Origin: Candidatus Rokuibacteriota bacterium
GTDB taxonomy: Bacteria > JAUVQV01 > DATDCY01
Length of the DNA: 64,000 nt
Direction of reading: 5' to 3'
NCBI GenBank assembly: GCA_031406795.1
Contig: JANOHV010000007.1
Span: forward strand, 48,574 to 112,573
The stretch's first letter is position 1, and every line of letters starts with the position of its first letter. Below are positions 38,256 to 46,718 of the stretch, in pieces. The notes below the pieces were generated by a model. It searched no databases. It saw nothing but the letters and a program-made list of their open reading frames with translations, and was not told the DNA's origin. The position numbers and the translations under genes are program-made.

Positions 38256-39752
38256 ATGACTGAAGAGCAGAAGGACCAGCCGAAGCCCGCCCCCGCCGCG
38301 AAGCCCAAGGTGCCGCGGCAGGCGATGCCCGAGCAGAACGCCAAGAAGCGCGCCAAGAACTTCGAGCAGGTGACCACCGGCTACACCGAGGAGCAGGCGC
38401 AGCTCGAGGCCTCGCGCTGCCTCTCGTGCAAGAAACCCAGCTGCGTCGCCGGTTGCCCGGTGAGCGTGCCGATCAACGTCTTCATCACCGCGATCAAGGA
38501 GAAGGACTACGCCAAGGCGGTCGCGGCGATCAAGTCGACGAACCTGCTCCCCGCGGTCTGCGGCCGCGTCTGCCCGCAGGAGATTCAGTGCGAGAGCAAG
38601 TGCGTGATCGCCAAGAAGCAGGAGTCGGTCGCGATCGGGCGCCTCGAGCGTTTCGTCGCCGACTGGGAGGCGAGCCAGGGCGATTCCCCGGTGCCCCCCA
38701 AGCCGAAGCAGACCGGCAAGAAGATCGCCGTCTGCGGCTCCGGCCCCGGCGGTCTGATCTGCGCCGGGTACCTGATCCAGGCCGGCCACGACGTGACGAT
38801 CTTCGAGGCGCTGCACAAGGCCGGCGGTGTGCTGGTCTACGGCATCCCGGAGTTCCGGCTGCCCAAGGCGATCGTGCAGCGCGAGGTGGACTACCTCGTC
38901 AAGCTCGGCTGCGAGCTCAAGACCGACTTCATCGTCGGCAAGACGCGTACGATCGGCCAGCTGATGCAGGAAGACGGCTATGACGCGGTCTACATCGGCG
39001 TCGGCGCGGGGCTGCCGTGGTTCATGGACATCCCGGGCGAGAACCTCAACGGCGTCTACAGCGCGAACGAGTACCTGACGCGCAACAACCTGATGAAGGC
39101 CTTCGAGTTCCCGAATTCGGACACGCCGATCAAGCGGCACAAGAATGTCGCGGTGGTCGGCGGCGGCAACGTGGCGATGGACTCGGTGCGCACGGCGCTG
39201 CGTCTCGGCGCGGACAACGCGTACATCGTCTACCGCCGCGGCATGGAAGAGCTGCCCGCGCGCAAGGAAGAGGTCGAGCACGCCGGGCACGAGGGCGTGC
39301 AGTTCAAGATCCTCACGGCGCCGGTCAAGGTGATCGGCAACAAGGAAGGTTGGGTCTGCGGGCTCGAGTGCCTGGAGATGGAGCTGGGCGAGCCGGACGC
39401 CTCGGGCCGCCGCCGCCCGATCCCGAAGGAGGGCTCGAACTTCGTGCTCGAGGTCGACGCGGTGATCCCCTCGATCGGCACGGGCGCGAACCCCTTGCTG
39501 GCGCAGACGACCCCGGACATGCAGTTCACCAAGCGCGGCTACATCGCCGTCGAGTCCGAGGCCACCGGCCGCACGACCAAGAAGGGCGTCTTTGCGGGGG
39601 GCGACATCGTCACCGGCGCGGCGACCGTCATCCTCGCGGCCGGCGCGGGCCGCGCCGCGGGCATGGCGATCGACAAGTTCCTCAAGGACGGCGAGTGGTG
39701 GGATCCGAACGCGCCGAAGCCCGAGGCGGTGCCGGCGCCGGCGGCGAAATAA
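38256..39752 (+). CDS. nfnB: NfnB/SudA/GltD-type NAD(P)H-dependent oxidoreductase subunit (glutamate synthase small-subunit family, 2x[4Fe-4S] + FAD + NAD(P))
   Basis: 498 aa. CLSCKKPSCVAGCPV..CGRVCPQEIQCESKC..IAVCGSGPGGL..VVGGGNVAMD. Confidence 0.85.
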   Translation: MTEEQKDQPKPAPAAKPKVPRQAMPEQNAKKRAKNFEQVTTGYTEEQAQLEASRCLSCKKPSCVAGCPVSVPINVFITAIKEKDYAKAVAAIKSTNLLPAVCGRVCPQEIQCESKCVIAKKQESVAIGRLERFVADWEASQGDSPVPPKPKQTGKKIAVCGSGPGGLICAGYLIQAGHDVTIFEALHKAGGVLVYGIPEFRLPKAIVQREVDYLVKLGCELKTDFIVGKTRTIGQLMQEDGYDAVYIGVGAGLPWFMDIPGENLNGVYSANEYLTRNNLMKAFEFPNSDTPIKRHKNVAVVGGGNVAMDSVRTALRLGADNAYIVYRRGMEELPARKEEVEHAGHEGVQFKILTAPVKVIGNKEGWVCGLECLEMELGEPDASGRRRPIPKEGSNFVLEVDAVIPSIGTGANPLLAQTTPDMQFTKRGYIAVESEATGRTTKKGVFAGGDIVTGAATVILAAGAGRAAGMAIDKFLKDGEWWDPNAPKPEAVPAPAAK

Positions 39753-39814
39753 CGACGGGACCCGCCGGGCACATTCCGGCTGGTCGCGACGATCGGCGAC
39801 GGGATTCATTCACC

Positions 39815-39844
39815 GTCGTAGGGGCGGGGTTGATCCCCGCCCGC
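39815..39844. repeat. REP-like hairpin element GTCGTAGGGGCGGGGTTGATCCCCGCCCGC (same family as 17411-17488 and 41224-41253)
   Basis: Seen directly, downstream of the nfnB stop. Confidence 0.7.
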
Positions 39845-39861
39845 TCCTGAACGATCACGAA

Positions 39862-39896
39862 GCCCTCCCCCGGCGAACCTGGGGGAGGGCTTTTCT
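39862..39896 (+). terminator. Rho-independent terminator of nfnB (GCCCTCCCCC-ggcgaacct-GGGGGAGGGC-TTTTCT)
   Basis: Perfect 10-bp GC stem followed by a T-tract. Confidence 0.8.
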
Positions 39897-39992
39897 GTCC
39901 CCGACACCGGAATCCCGTGCCGGAGGTTGATCCCCGGTGGAACAGTGGGGCGGGAAAACCTCATGCGCTACCTGATCCGTGCACCGTTCTCG

Positions 39993-40222
39993 ATGAACAA
40001 GATCTGCTACGACCCAAAAACCCAATCCGTGATCCGGTGGCGCGATGCGGATCGTCGCGTTCATCGAAGAGCCTCGGGTCGTGAGCGCCATCCTCGAGCA
40101 TCTGTCGCTCTGGGACGAGCCGCGGGGTGGATTGATCTTCACCGGGAGGCGACGCGGCGGTGGTCTGCGTCGCGATGCGCAGTGGTACATACAACGGCAT
40201 GGCGGCGCGTGAGTGCTGGAAC
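39993..40222 (+). pseudogene. Degraded transposase C-terminal fragment, possibly IS91-like (two frames: ..CYDPKTQ.. then MRIVAFIEEPRVVSAILEHLSLWDEP..)
   Basis: Frame-shifted short reading frames. The tail motif IAFIE-P-V(V/I)..IL.HLGLWD recalls the C-terminus of some transposases; the family assignment is from memory and uncertain. ORF 39927..40376 mixes these frames. Confidence 0.3.
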
Positions 40223-40278
40223 TTCATCGCCAGCTTTGTCCAGCCGCCTCCCTGGGAGAAGTCGTGAACAGCCCAGGA

Positions 40279-40653
40279 TCACTTCTTTCGGTAGTACCTC
40301 ACGTCCGTCAGCCCATCGAAGTGCGCGTCGGTCGTCCAGAGCGTGGCCCGGTATCGGTGCGCGGTGGCGAGGATGACGCTATCGGCGAGCGGAAGCGCGT
40401 GCTGCAGGCCCAGGTCAGCAGCAAAGATCGCCAGCGATTCGTCGAGGGGTGCGAGCCGTCCCTTGCTCATCTGGGCGGCAACTTCAGCCGCCAACTCCTG
40501 ACCGCGCCGACGCTTGATGATCTTGTAGACTTCGAGAAGACAGACGGTCGGCACAAGCAGGGCGCTTGTGTCACAGATCGGTTTGGCGAAAGCTGCCCCG
40601 TGTTGCCCGTCCATCAGGAACTCGATCCAGCCGGAGGAGTCGACGAGGTTCAC
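40279..40653 (-). CDS. vapC: PIN-domain VapC toxin (type II TA)
   Basis: 124 aa. MNLVDSSGWIEFLMDG...LLVPTVCLLEVYKII...DSVILATAHRYRATLWTTDAHF (PIN acidic residues). Stop overlaps the vapB start. Confidence 0.8.
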   Translation of the reverse strand: MNLVDSSGWIEFLMDGQHGAAFAKPICDTSALLVPTVCLLEVYKIIKRRRGQELAAEVAAQMSKGRLAPLDESLAIFAADLGLQHALPLADSVILATAHRYRATLWTTDAHFDGLTDVRYYRKK

Positions 40654-40865
40654 CCGCGATCCTCTTCGTCGGCGTCGCGGTCGAAGTCGAGCGGCACGCC
40701 TTTGAGAATTCCGCGCATCTCCCGGATCGGCCGGTTCGGGACCAGCCGCACCTGGTCGCCGATCGTGACGAGCTGCAGCTTCTGCCCGGGTTTTATCCTG
40801 AGCTGTTCACGGACTTCCCGCGGAATGACGATCTGGTACTTGGACGAGACGGTCACGGCTGCCAT
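40650..40865 (-). CDS. vapB: AbrB/MazE/SpoVT-family antitoxin VapB
   Basis: ORF 40650..41102, trimmed to MAAVTVSSKYQIVIPREVREQLRIKPGQKLQLVTIGDQVRLVP... (ATG 40865; alternative ATG 40877). Swapped-hairpin AbrB fold signature. Confidence 0.7.
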   Translation of the reverse strand: MAAVTVSSKYQIVIPREVREQLRIKPGQKLQLVTIGDQVRLVPNRPIREMRGILKGVPLDFDRDADEEDRG

Positions 40866-40980
40866 AGGCACCTCCATCGATCGATGATTTGTAAGACGAT
40901 GGTACCGGTGCCGGCGGCGAAAGGCAAGGATGCCAGTGCTATCTGGTTTTGCGACTGGGCCGGGCGCGACTGGCTCGGCA

Positions 40981-41310
40981 TCGAAGCGATCAAATCGGCG
41001 CCGACAACGCGAACATCGTCTACCGCCGCGGCGTGGAAGAGCTGCCCACGCGCAAGGAACAAGAAGGGCGTCTTCGCGGGCGGCGATCGACAAGTACCTC
41101 AAGGACGGCGAGTGGTGGGATCCAAACGCGCCGAAGCCCGCCGAGGCGGCCCCGGCGGCGAAGTAACAACGAAACCCGTCGGCCAGATTCCGACGGACCG
41201 TGCAGCGACGGAATCCAATCGCCGTCGTAGGGGCGGGGTTGATCCCCGCCCGCAGGTAACGGACACCAGAGCCCTCCTCCGGCGACGAGCCGGGGGAAGG
41301 TTTTTTTGCC
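40981..41310. repeat. Decayed, internally deleted second copy of the nfnB 3' end plus REP element and terminator (~85-90% identical to 39209-39270, 39578-39605 and 39668-39900)
   Basis: Direct comparison: gcgccgacaacgcgaacatcgtctaccgccgcggcgtggaagagctgccc... / ...tcgacaagtacctcaaggacggcgagtggtgggatccaaacgcgccgaagccc...gcggcgaagtaa...gtcgtaggggcggggttgatccccgcccgc...gccgggggaaggttttttt. Confidence 0.8.
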
Positions 41311-41365
41311 CGTCGGGGAGGCGCCGCTCAGCGGCGTTTGACATGCGTCACGTTACGCATTACAT

Positions 41366-41483
41366 TTGCGTCGTGATCAAGACCTTCGCGGACCGCCACA
41401 CCCTCAATGGCGCATTTGCTTTCGCTTTGCCGCCGGCGATGCGTTCGACGTCGAGATTGCGGATTACCACGAGGAGGGTGTGA
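41366..41483 (+). pseudogene. higB: HigB (RelE-like) toxin remnant: N-terminal ~10 residues joined out of frame to the C-terminal ~25 residues, middle deleted
   Basis: Frame 1 reads VIKTFADRHTLNG (HigB N-terminus, compare MIKSFKHKGLE). An overlapping second frame reads PHPQWRICFRFAAGDAFDVEIADYH (the conserved HigB C-terminus ..W.RICFR...GDAYDVEIVDYH). The whole locus is only ~115 nt; a full HigB is ~92 aa. Confidence 0.5.
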
Positions 41484-41484
41484 C

Positions 41485-41808
41485 ATGGCGATCGGGTTCA
41501 ACGGCAAGCGGGACATCGCGCCGACCCATCCGGGGGAGATGCTCCGGGAGGACTTCATTCCGGACTACGGGCTCACCGTCGCCGGCTTGGCGAGCGCCCT
41601 CGGGGTTTCGCGCCAGAGCGTGAACGAGGTGCTTCGCGAGCGGCGCGCGGTGTCCCCGGAGATGGCACTTCGTCTCTCGCGGCTCTTCCACAACTCCCCG
41701 GAGTTCTGGCTGAACGCGCAGCGCGCGGTGGATCTCTGGAATGCCGCGCGTCACATCGAGAAGGAGATCCAGCGCATCAAGCCGCTGAATGCGATCGTCG
41801 AGGGGTGA
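41485..41808 (+). CDS. higA: HigA-family antitoxin (XRE-type HTH)
   Basis: ORF 41407..41808, trimmed to MAIGFNGKRDIAPTHPGEMLREDFIPDYGLTVAGLASALGVSRQSVNEVLRERRAVSPEMALRLSRLF (ATG 41485, GAGGAGGG SD); a classic HigA. Confidence 0.75.
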   Translation: MAIGFNGKRDIAPTHPGEMLREDFIPDYGLTVAGLASALGVSRQSVNEVLRERRAVSPEMALRLSRLFHNSPEFWLNAQRAVDLWNAARHIEKEIQRIKPLNAIVEG

Positions 41809-41812
41809 CGAT

Positions 41813-42664
41813 ATGGAGCGCGTGCAGATCCAGTCGATTCTGGCCCGACTCGAGGAGCAGGAAGATGTCCGGATCGTTTACGCCTGCGAGTCCGGCAGCC
41901 GGGCTTGGGGATTTCCGTCGGCGGACAGCGACTACGACATCCGGTTCATCTACGTCCGGCCGCGGGACTGGTATCTTTCCGTCGATCTCGAGCACCGGCG
42001 CGATGTCATCGAGCGCCCCGTGCAGGGTGTGGTCGACCTCAGCGGCTGGGACTTCCGGAAAGCCCTTGGGCTCTTCAGGAAGTCCAACCCCCCGCTGCTG
42101 GAATGGTTGAACTCGCCGATCGTCTATCTCGAAGCGACAGGCGCGGCCGCCAGGCTGCGCGCGCTGCTCGGGGAATTCTACTCCCCGGCGGCTTGCGCCC
42201 ACCACTACCTGCACATGGCGCGGGGGAACTTCCGCGAGTACCTCAGCGGGTCGGAGGTCTGGGTCAAGAAATACTTCTATGTCCTGCGCCCGCTGCTGGC
42301 GGTGAAGTGGATCGAAGCCGGGCACGGCGTGGCGCCGATGGCGTTCTCGGTTCTCGTCGACCGTATCATCACGGATCCCGATCTCAAAAATGCGATCGCG
42401 CGTCTTGTCGAAGCCAAACGCCGCGGTGACGAGCTGGACCGGGGGCCGATGATCCCCGCGATCACCGCCTTCATCGAACAGGAGATGTCGCGGCTCGAGA
42501 CCTCGCCGCTGAGTCTTCCCGGCGCAGCCCCGCCGATCGATCCGCTGAACGAACTGTTCCGATCAGTGCTGGAGGAGGCCTGGGCCGACTCGCGTCATGG
42601 GCGGAGGGTGGCACCCGCTCCCGCGGTCGCCCTCGTCGCGGAACTTGGCATCGAGCCCGATTAA
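41813..42664 (+). CDS. Predicted nucleotidyltransferase-domain protein (Pol-beta superfamily NTase with a C-terminal helical domain; PF10127-like)
   Basis: ORF 41789..42664, start at ATG 41813 (MERVQIQSILARLEEQEDVRIVYACESGSRAWGFPSADSDYDIRFIYV; GS...D.D NTase motif). A decayed duplicate of parts of this gene lies at 46430-46620. Confidence 0.6.
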   Translation: MERVQIQSILARLEEQEDVRIVYACESGSRAWGFPSADSDYDIRFIYVRPRDWYLSVDLEHRRDVIERPVQGVVDLSGWDFRKALGLFRKSNPPLLEWLNSPIVYLEATGAAARLRALLGEFYSPAACAHHYLHMARGNFREYLSGSEVWVKKYFYVLRPLLAVKWIEAGHGVAPMAFSVLVDRIITDPDLKNAIARLVEAKRRGDELDRGPMIPAITAFIEQEMSRLETSPLSLPGAAPPIDPLNELFRSVLEEAWADSRHGRRVAPAPAVALVAELGIEPD

Positions 42665-43013
42665 CCGAGAGATTTCTTCGTGCTCGGCGTCAAGAAGAAC
42701 GCTGGGCGGTGCCGATCGTCGCGCGCGGGCCGCGTCCATCCTTCGAAATGGGACAGGTCCTCCCCGGTATGAAGCTGGAAGATCTCGGTGTCACCGAGAT
42801 GGCGCGCCGTATCGCCGCCTTGGTGCTCCTGGAGCCGGAATTGGACGCGAACTGCCAGCGCGTAACCGCCGCGACCTATCCCTGGCCGCGGGAAGCTTCT
42901 GACCTACTACTTTGAAAAATCATCGCGTGGGGCGACGATATAGACAAAACACAAGCCTCTAGAGTCTTGCGGGCGAGACGCCCGCGCTAGGGAATTGTGA
43001 TAGCATTCACGTC

Positions 43014-43304
43014 ATGAGCAGGGAAGAGATCATCGGCGCCCTGCACGCGGCGCTGCCAACGATTCAGCGGAAATATCATGTCCAGAGGCTTGCGCTGTTC
43101 GGCTCAGCCGCGCGCGGCGAGCAGATTCCGACGAGCGACGTCGACCTTCTTGTTGAATTCGACGAGCCGATCGGCTTGTTCGATTTCGTCCGTCTCGAGC
43201 GTTCTCTCGGAGAAATCCTGCATGCCAACGTCGACCTGGTCTCGGCGAAGGCGCTGAAACCGGCCATTCGCGAGGAAGTATTGAGTCAGGCGGTGTACGT
43301 CTAG
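43014..43304 (+). CDS. mntA: MntA-type minimal nucleotidyltransferase antitoxin (HepT/MntA type VII TA)
   Basis: 96 aa. ..LALFGSAARGEQIPTSDVDLLVEF... (GS...D.D motif). Confidence 0.75.
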   Translation: MSREEIIGALHAALPTIQRKYHVQRLALFGSAARGEQIPTSDVDLLVEFDEPIGLFDFVRLERSLGEILHANVDLVSAKALKPAIREEVLSQAVYV

Positions 43305-43311
43305 CCGGGGT

Positions 43312-43389
43312 GTGAAGCTCTATCTCGCGGATATCCTGGAAGCCATCGAGAAGATCGGGCGGTACGGGTCGAATCGGACCTCCGGTTGA
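43312..43389 (+). pseudogene. hepT: HepT (HEPN/DUF86) toxin remnant: only the first ~26 codons remain, then a stop
   Basis: (V)KLYLADILEAIEKIGRYGSNRTSG* matches the DUF86 N-terminus (..RLYLEHILEAIEKIERY..); the rest of the ~115-aa protein including the Rx4-6H motif is absent. Confidence 0.4.
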
Positions 43390-43479
43390 AAAGTGGTGGC
43401 ACGATGCTATATTTGCGTTGACGTATAGCGTTCGCTAACAGGGGCTTCGGGCAGTTCTCATCGCTGGAGGAAGCGCATT

Positions 43480-43842
43480 ATGGCAAACCCGTTCGTCCAC
43501 GTGGAATTGAACACGCGCGATCTCGCCACGTCCAAGGAATTCTACGCCGGCCTTTTCGACTGGAAGCTCGAGGAAATGACGGGCGGCGGGGACTATTCGA
43601 TCATCAATGTCGGGGAAGGAACGGGGGGAGGCATGATGAAGAACCCCGTCCCCGGAATGCCCGACTTCTGGCTTCCTTATATCCTCGTGGACGACGTGAA
43701 AACCTCGACGAAGAAGGCGCAATCCCTCGGGGCCACCGTCCACAAGGACGTCACCGAGGTGCCGGGCATGGGGTGGTTCAGTGTGCTCGCGGATCCCACC
43801 GGTGCGGCTTTCGGGCTCTGGCAGGCCACTATGGGGAAATGA
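43480..43842 (+). CDS. VOC (glyoxalase/bleomycin-resistance fold) family protein
   Basis: 120 aa. MANPFVHVELNTRDLATSKEFYAGLFDWKLEEM...GMMKNPVPGMPDFWLPYILVDDV. Confidence 0.7.
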   Translation: MANPFVHVELNTRDLATSKEFYAGLFDWKLEEMTGGGDYSIINVGEGTGGGMMKNPVPGMPDFWLPYILVDDVKTSTKKAQSLGATVHKDVTEVPGMGWFSVLADPTGAAFGLWQATMGK

Positions 43843-43909
43843 ACCTCGGAGGCAGGGACAGCCGATTTGCTTCCTGATCCTATAACCACGGCTGAGAAGG
43901 AGGATTCCC

Positions 43910-44263
43910 ATGAGCTACGTTGACGGCTTTCTTATCCCCGTTCCGAAGAAGAACCTGAAAATCTACGCCCGGATGGCGAAGCAGGGTGCGAAAGCGTGGA
44001 TGAAGCACGGCGCCCTCGACTACAAGGAGTGCGTCGGGGATGACCTGCAGCCGAAATTTGGGATGCCCTTCCCGAAGCTGTTGAAGCTCAAGCCCGGCGA
44101 GACCGCGGTCTTCGCGTACATCGTCTTCAAGTCGCGGGCGCACCGCGATCGCGTCAATGCGAAGGTGATAAAGGAGATGGAGCAGGCGGCCCCGCCGACG
44201 GAGATGCCTTTCGACATGAAGCGGATGGTCTACGGAGGCTTCAAGACCCTGGTCGAGAGCTAG
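43910..44263 (+). CDS. DUF1428-family protein
   Basis: 117 aa. MSYVDGFLIPVPKKNLKIYARMAKQGAKAWMKHGALDYKECVGDDL... characteristic of DUF1428. Confidence 0.6.
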   Translation: MSYVDGFLIPVPKKNLKIYARMAKQGAKAWMKHGALDYKECVGDDLQPKFGMPFPKLLKLKPGETAVFAYIVFKSRAHRDRVNAKVIKEMEQAAPPTEMPFDMKRMVYGGFKTLVES

Positions 44264-44303
44264 CGTAGCAAGCGGCACAAGAACGTCGGGTGCGGCGAAA
44301 CCC

Positions 44304-45503
44304 CTACATCAGGGTCAGGACGGCGTCGCTGGTTCGGCCCTCGGGGTCGCAGCTTTTGAAGAGGATTTGGATTTCTCCGTCCGCGCTGATCTTGATGGGG
44401 ATTCCGCCATAGCGGTAGGCGGATTGCGCCGCGCTGCTGCGCGCGCCGAGGTGACTCCCCAGATTCGGATGTGGCTTGATCATCGCACCGACCGTGAGAA
44501 GTTCCTGGTCGTCGAAAATAACGGCGCCGTCCAGCCCGGCGAGTTCCAGGAAAAGATTCTTCTTTTCTACCAGGCGGTCCGTGCGGCCGAGGTGAATATC
44601 GCGAATGACCGGAGCGAGCATCGCGCGGGCCGCGTCGGGCGAAGGCGACTCGCCGCCGACAATGGATTGCGGATTCAGCACCTGCTCGATCACCTTGTGT
44701 CGCGGGTCGTAGACCAGCAGGGCGCCGTGCCGCCTATAGCTCAGGTCGAACATCAGTTCGAACAGGTTACTCCCGAGCGTGACGTTGCCCAGGATGGTGC
44801 AGACGCTGTTCTCGAGAGCCGGCGCGTCGTAAATATGCCAGCGTCCCTTCCGGTTCGCGGCCAGGAGGCCGCGCGAGTCCATGATGAAGAAGTCGCCTCT
44901 CTTCGTCAGGTGCAGGGAGAATTCTCCGTCCTGCAAAATCGACGCGAACGGCTCGAGAAACTCCGGGACGAACCGATACCCGGAAGACTCGGACACGTCT
45001 TTCAACAAAATTTCCCGATAGTCCAAATATTGCAAGTCGCGGTCCACGCGGAAATACACCTGCATGCTCGAAGACAGCGGGTCGATAATCTTCTGAATAC
45101 CCGGGTCCGCCAGCGAAAGCGCGCCCTGCCCGCTGCCGATGACGAGATTCATCGTGACGCGGTTATTTTCGTAGGTCCTGAACCGGATGTGCTCGATATA
45201 GGCGATGAACCGATTCCATTTGATGGCGGGATTGGCTATCTCCAGCCAGCGGACGGCGATGTCTTCCTCGACCTGCTGGAGCGATCTTGGCGTCGGGCTG
45301 GCAGGCATCTTCGCGATCCAGTCCTTGAGATGGTTCTGGATATATTCGTGGAGCAGGACCAGCTTCGGCGTCAGCGAGCTGTGGCTTTGGAACCTGAAGA
45401 CGTCTTTATCCACGGTGAGGGTGTAAACGTTTTTGGCGAACTCGCTGGCATACCAGTGCGGAACCGTCGATACCGCGGTCTCCATCACGATGTTTTCGTG
45501 CAT
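44304..45503 (-). CDS. Protein of unknown function, 399 aa: unknown ~250-aa N-terminal domain plus a divergent DAC (DisA_N, diadenylate cyclase)-like C-terminal domain. Low-GC gene with an AT-rich promoter region, likely horizontally acquired.
   Basis: C-terminal blocks align to DAC motifs: LSYRRHGALLVYD (~LS..R.GALIVIE), LDGAVIFDDQELLTVGAMIKP (~HDGAVII.GNRIAAAGCILPL), LGARSSAAQSAYRYGGIPIKISADGEIQI (~[31 protein letters not shown]), but RHR is replaced by RSS. The translation is K/N/I/F/Y-rich and the 5' flank 45504-45729 is AT-rich, unlike the ~68% GC surroundings. Confidence 0.45.
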   Translation of the reverse strand: MHENIVMETAVSTVPHWYASEFAKNVYTLTVDKDVFRFQSHSSLTPKLVLLHEYIQNHLKDWIAKMPASPTPRSLQQVEEDIAVRWLEIANPAIKWNRFIAYIEHIRFRTYENNRVTMNLVIGSGQGALSLADPGIQKIIDPLSSSMQVYFRVDRDLQYLDYREILLKDVSESSGYRFVPEFLEPFASILQDGEFSLHLTKRGDFFIMDSRGLLAANRKGRWHIYDAPALENSVCTILGNVTLGSNLFELMFDLSYRRHGALLVYDPRHKVIEQVLNPQSIVGGESPSPDAARAMLAPVIRDIHLGRTDRLVEKKNLFLELAGLDGAVIFDDQELLTVGAMIKPHPNLGSHLGARSSAAQSAYRYGGIPIKISADGEIQILFKSCDPEGRTSDAVLTLM

Positions 45504-45729
45504 GCGTCACTCCGGTTTGAAATTAGTTCCATTATACCTGAACGATCCCCTGGACGTGAGAATACTCGGGAACCTCAAAAAGAAAATAGTTGGCCTGCGC
45601 TTCGAAAAGCCGGCCGTCGCGCCGAGGTGGGCCATTTCTTTGCGCTGAACTTCGTTTTCAGCGAAACTGGCTCTATCTCCTTCAGGATCGACTTGACATC
45701 AAGGCATCATCATATTTATGCTTTGATGC

Positions 45730-45975
45730 ATGAGAACCACGCTGACTTTAGACGACGATGTCGCCGCAATCCTGAAACGGCTTGCGCGCACCCGCAACGC
45801 TCGCTTCAAGGAAGTGGTGAATGAGGCTCTCCGCCGCGGACTGACGAGCACGACCGCCGTGCCGGTTCGGGAGCCATTCCGGACGACCTCGGTCGCCCTT
45901 GGCCGGTGCCGGACGGGAACCGTCGATAATGTCGCCGACGCTCTCGCTGCGGCAGAGGGCGAGTCTTTTCGGTGA
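45730..45975 (+). CDS. vapB: Ribbon-helix-helix (CopG/VapB-like) antitoxin
   Basis: 81 aa. MRTTLTLDDDVAAILKRLARTRNARFKEVVNEALRRGL (RHH). Stop overlaps the GTG of the downstream PIN gene (GTGA). Confidence 0.7.
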   Translation: MRTTLTLDDDVAAILKRLARTRNARFKEVVNEALRRGLTSTTAVPVREPFRTTSVALGRCRTGTVDNVADALAAAEGESFR

Positions 45976-46400
45976 TCCTCGTCGATGCAAATCTGCTCGT
46001 CTATGCCCACGTAACGAGCTTCCCGCAACACAAGACCGCCAGGGAATGGCTTGACGGCAAGTTAAACGGAGCCGCCCCGGTCGGTTTGCCCTGGGAGAGC
46101 CTCCTCGCCTTTCTGCGGCTGGTCACCAACCCGCGGGTTTTCGAACAGCCGGAGCCGGCAGCAGCCGCTTGGGCGCAGGTGCAAGGCTGGCTCGGTAACC
46201 CGAACGTCTGGATTCCTCTGCCGACCGAAAACCACCGGGCGGTGCTCGGGAACTTGCTTTCGGCATCCAGCGTCCATGCGAACCTCGTCCCTGACGCGCA
46301 TCTCGCCGCGCTTGCCATCGAGCATGGGCTGGTCCTGTACTCGACTGACGGCGACTTCGCGCGGTTTCCCGGACTGCGCTGGAAAAACCCGCTGGCCTAA
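45972..46400 (+). CDS. vapC: PIN-domain VapC toxin
   Basis: 142 aa. MILVDANLLVYAH...LLAFLRLVTNPRVF...PDAHLAALAIEHGLVLYSTDGDFARF (PIN acidic residues D5, E-like, D at the C-terminus). Confidence 0.8.
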   Translation: MILVDANLLVYAHVTSFPQHKTAREWLDGKLNGAAPVGLPWESLLAFLRLVTNPRVFEQPEPAAAAWAQVQGWLGNPNVWIPLPTENHRAVLGNLLSASSVHANLVPDAHLAALAIEHGLVLYSTDGDFARFPGLRWKNPLA

Positions 46401-46429
46401 AGGCGAAGTTCGGCGAGCCGGCCGCGGGA

Positions 46430-46620
46430 TTGGTAGCTCTCCGTTGATCTTGAGCACCGGCGCGGTGTCACCGAACGCCCCGTGCAGGAAGAGATCGATC
46501 TCAGCGGCTGGGATTTCAGGAAAGCGCTCGGGCTCTTCAGGAAGTCTAATCCGCCGCTGCTGGCGGTGAAGTGGATCGAGGCCGGGCACGGCGTGGCGCC
46601 GAACGAGAAAGCAGCTGGGC
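46430..46620. repeat. Decayed, internally deleted duplicate of the NTase gene 41813-42664 (matches ~41985-42115 and ~42298-42350)
   Basis: Direct comparison: ...gatctcagcggctgggatttcaggaaagcgctcgggctcttcaggaagtctaatccgccgctgctggcggtgaagtggatcgaggccgggcacggcgtggcgccg... versus the NTase gene. ORF 46482..46673 translates to DLSGWDFRKALGLFRKSNPPLL / AVKWIEAGHGVAP. Confidence 0.8.
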
Positions 46621-46718
46621 AAGATCGATCAGCTGTTCTTCTGAGGGACGCGGAGGCCCCGGGACGCGCGTGAAAACTGTTACAATCCGGGCGGACTGAC
46701 ATAAACCAGGGAGGGGAT

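Noticed and set aside
32566-39809. Very long ORFs 32566..35883 (+), 35668..36729 (-), 36734..38377 (-), 37998..39809 (-)
   Set aside because: Antisense to, or out of frame with, the hybrid histidine kinase, NamZ-like, rubrerythrin and nfnAB genes; low-complexity translations.
39927-40376. 149-aa ORF as a real gene
   Set aside because: Arg/Ser-rich low-complexity translation; the region is better explained as a two-frame degraded transposase C-terminal remnant.
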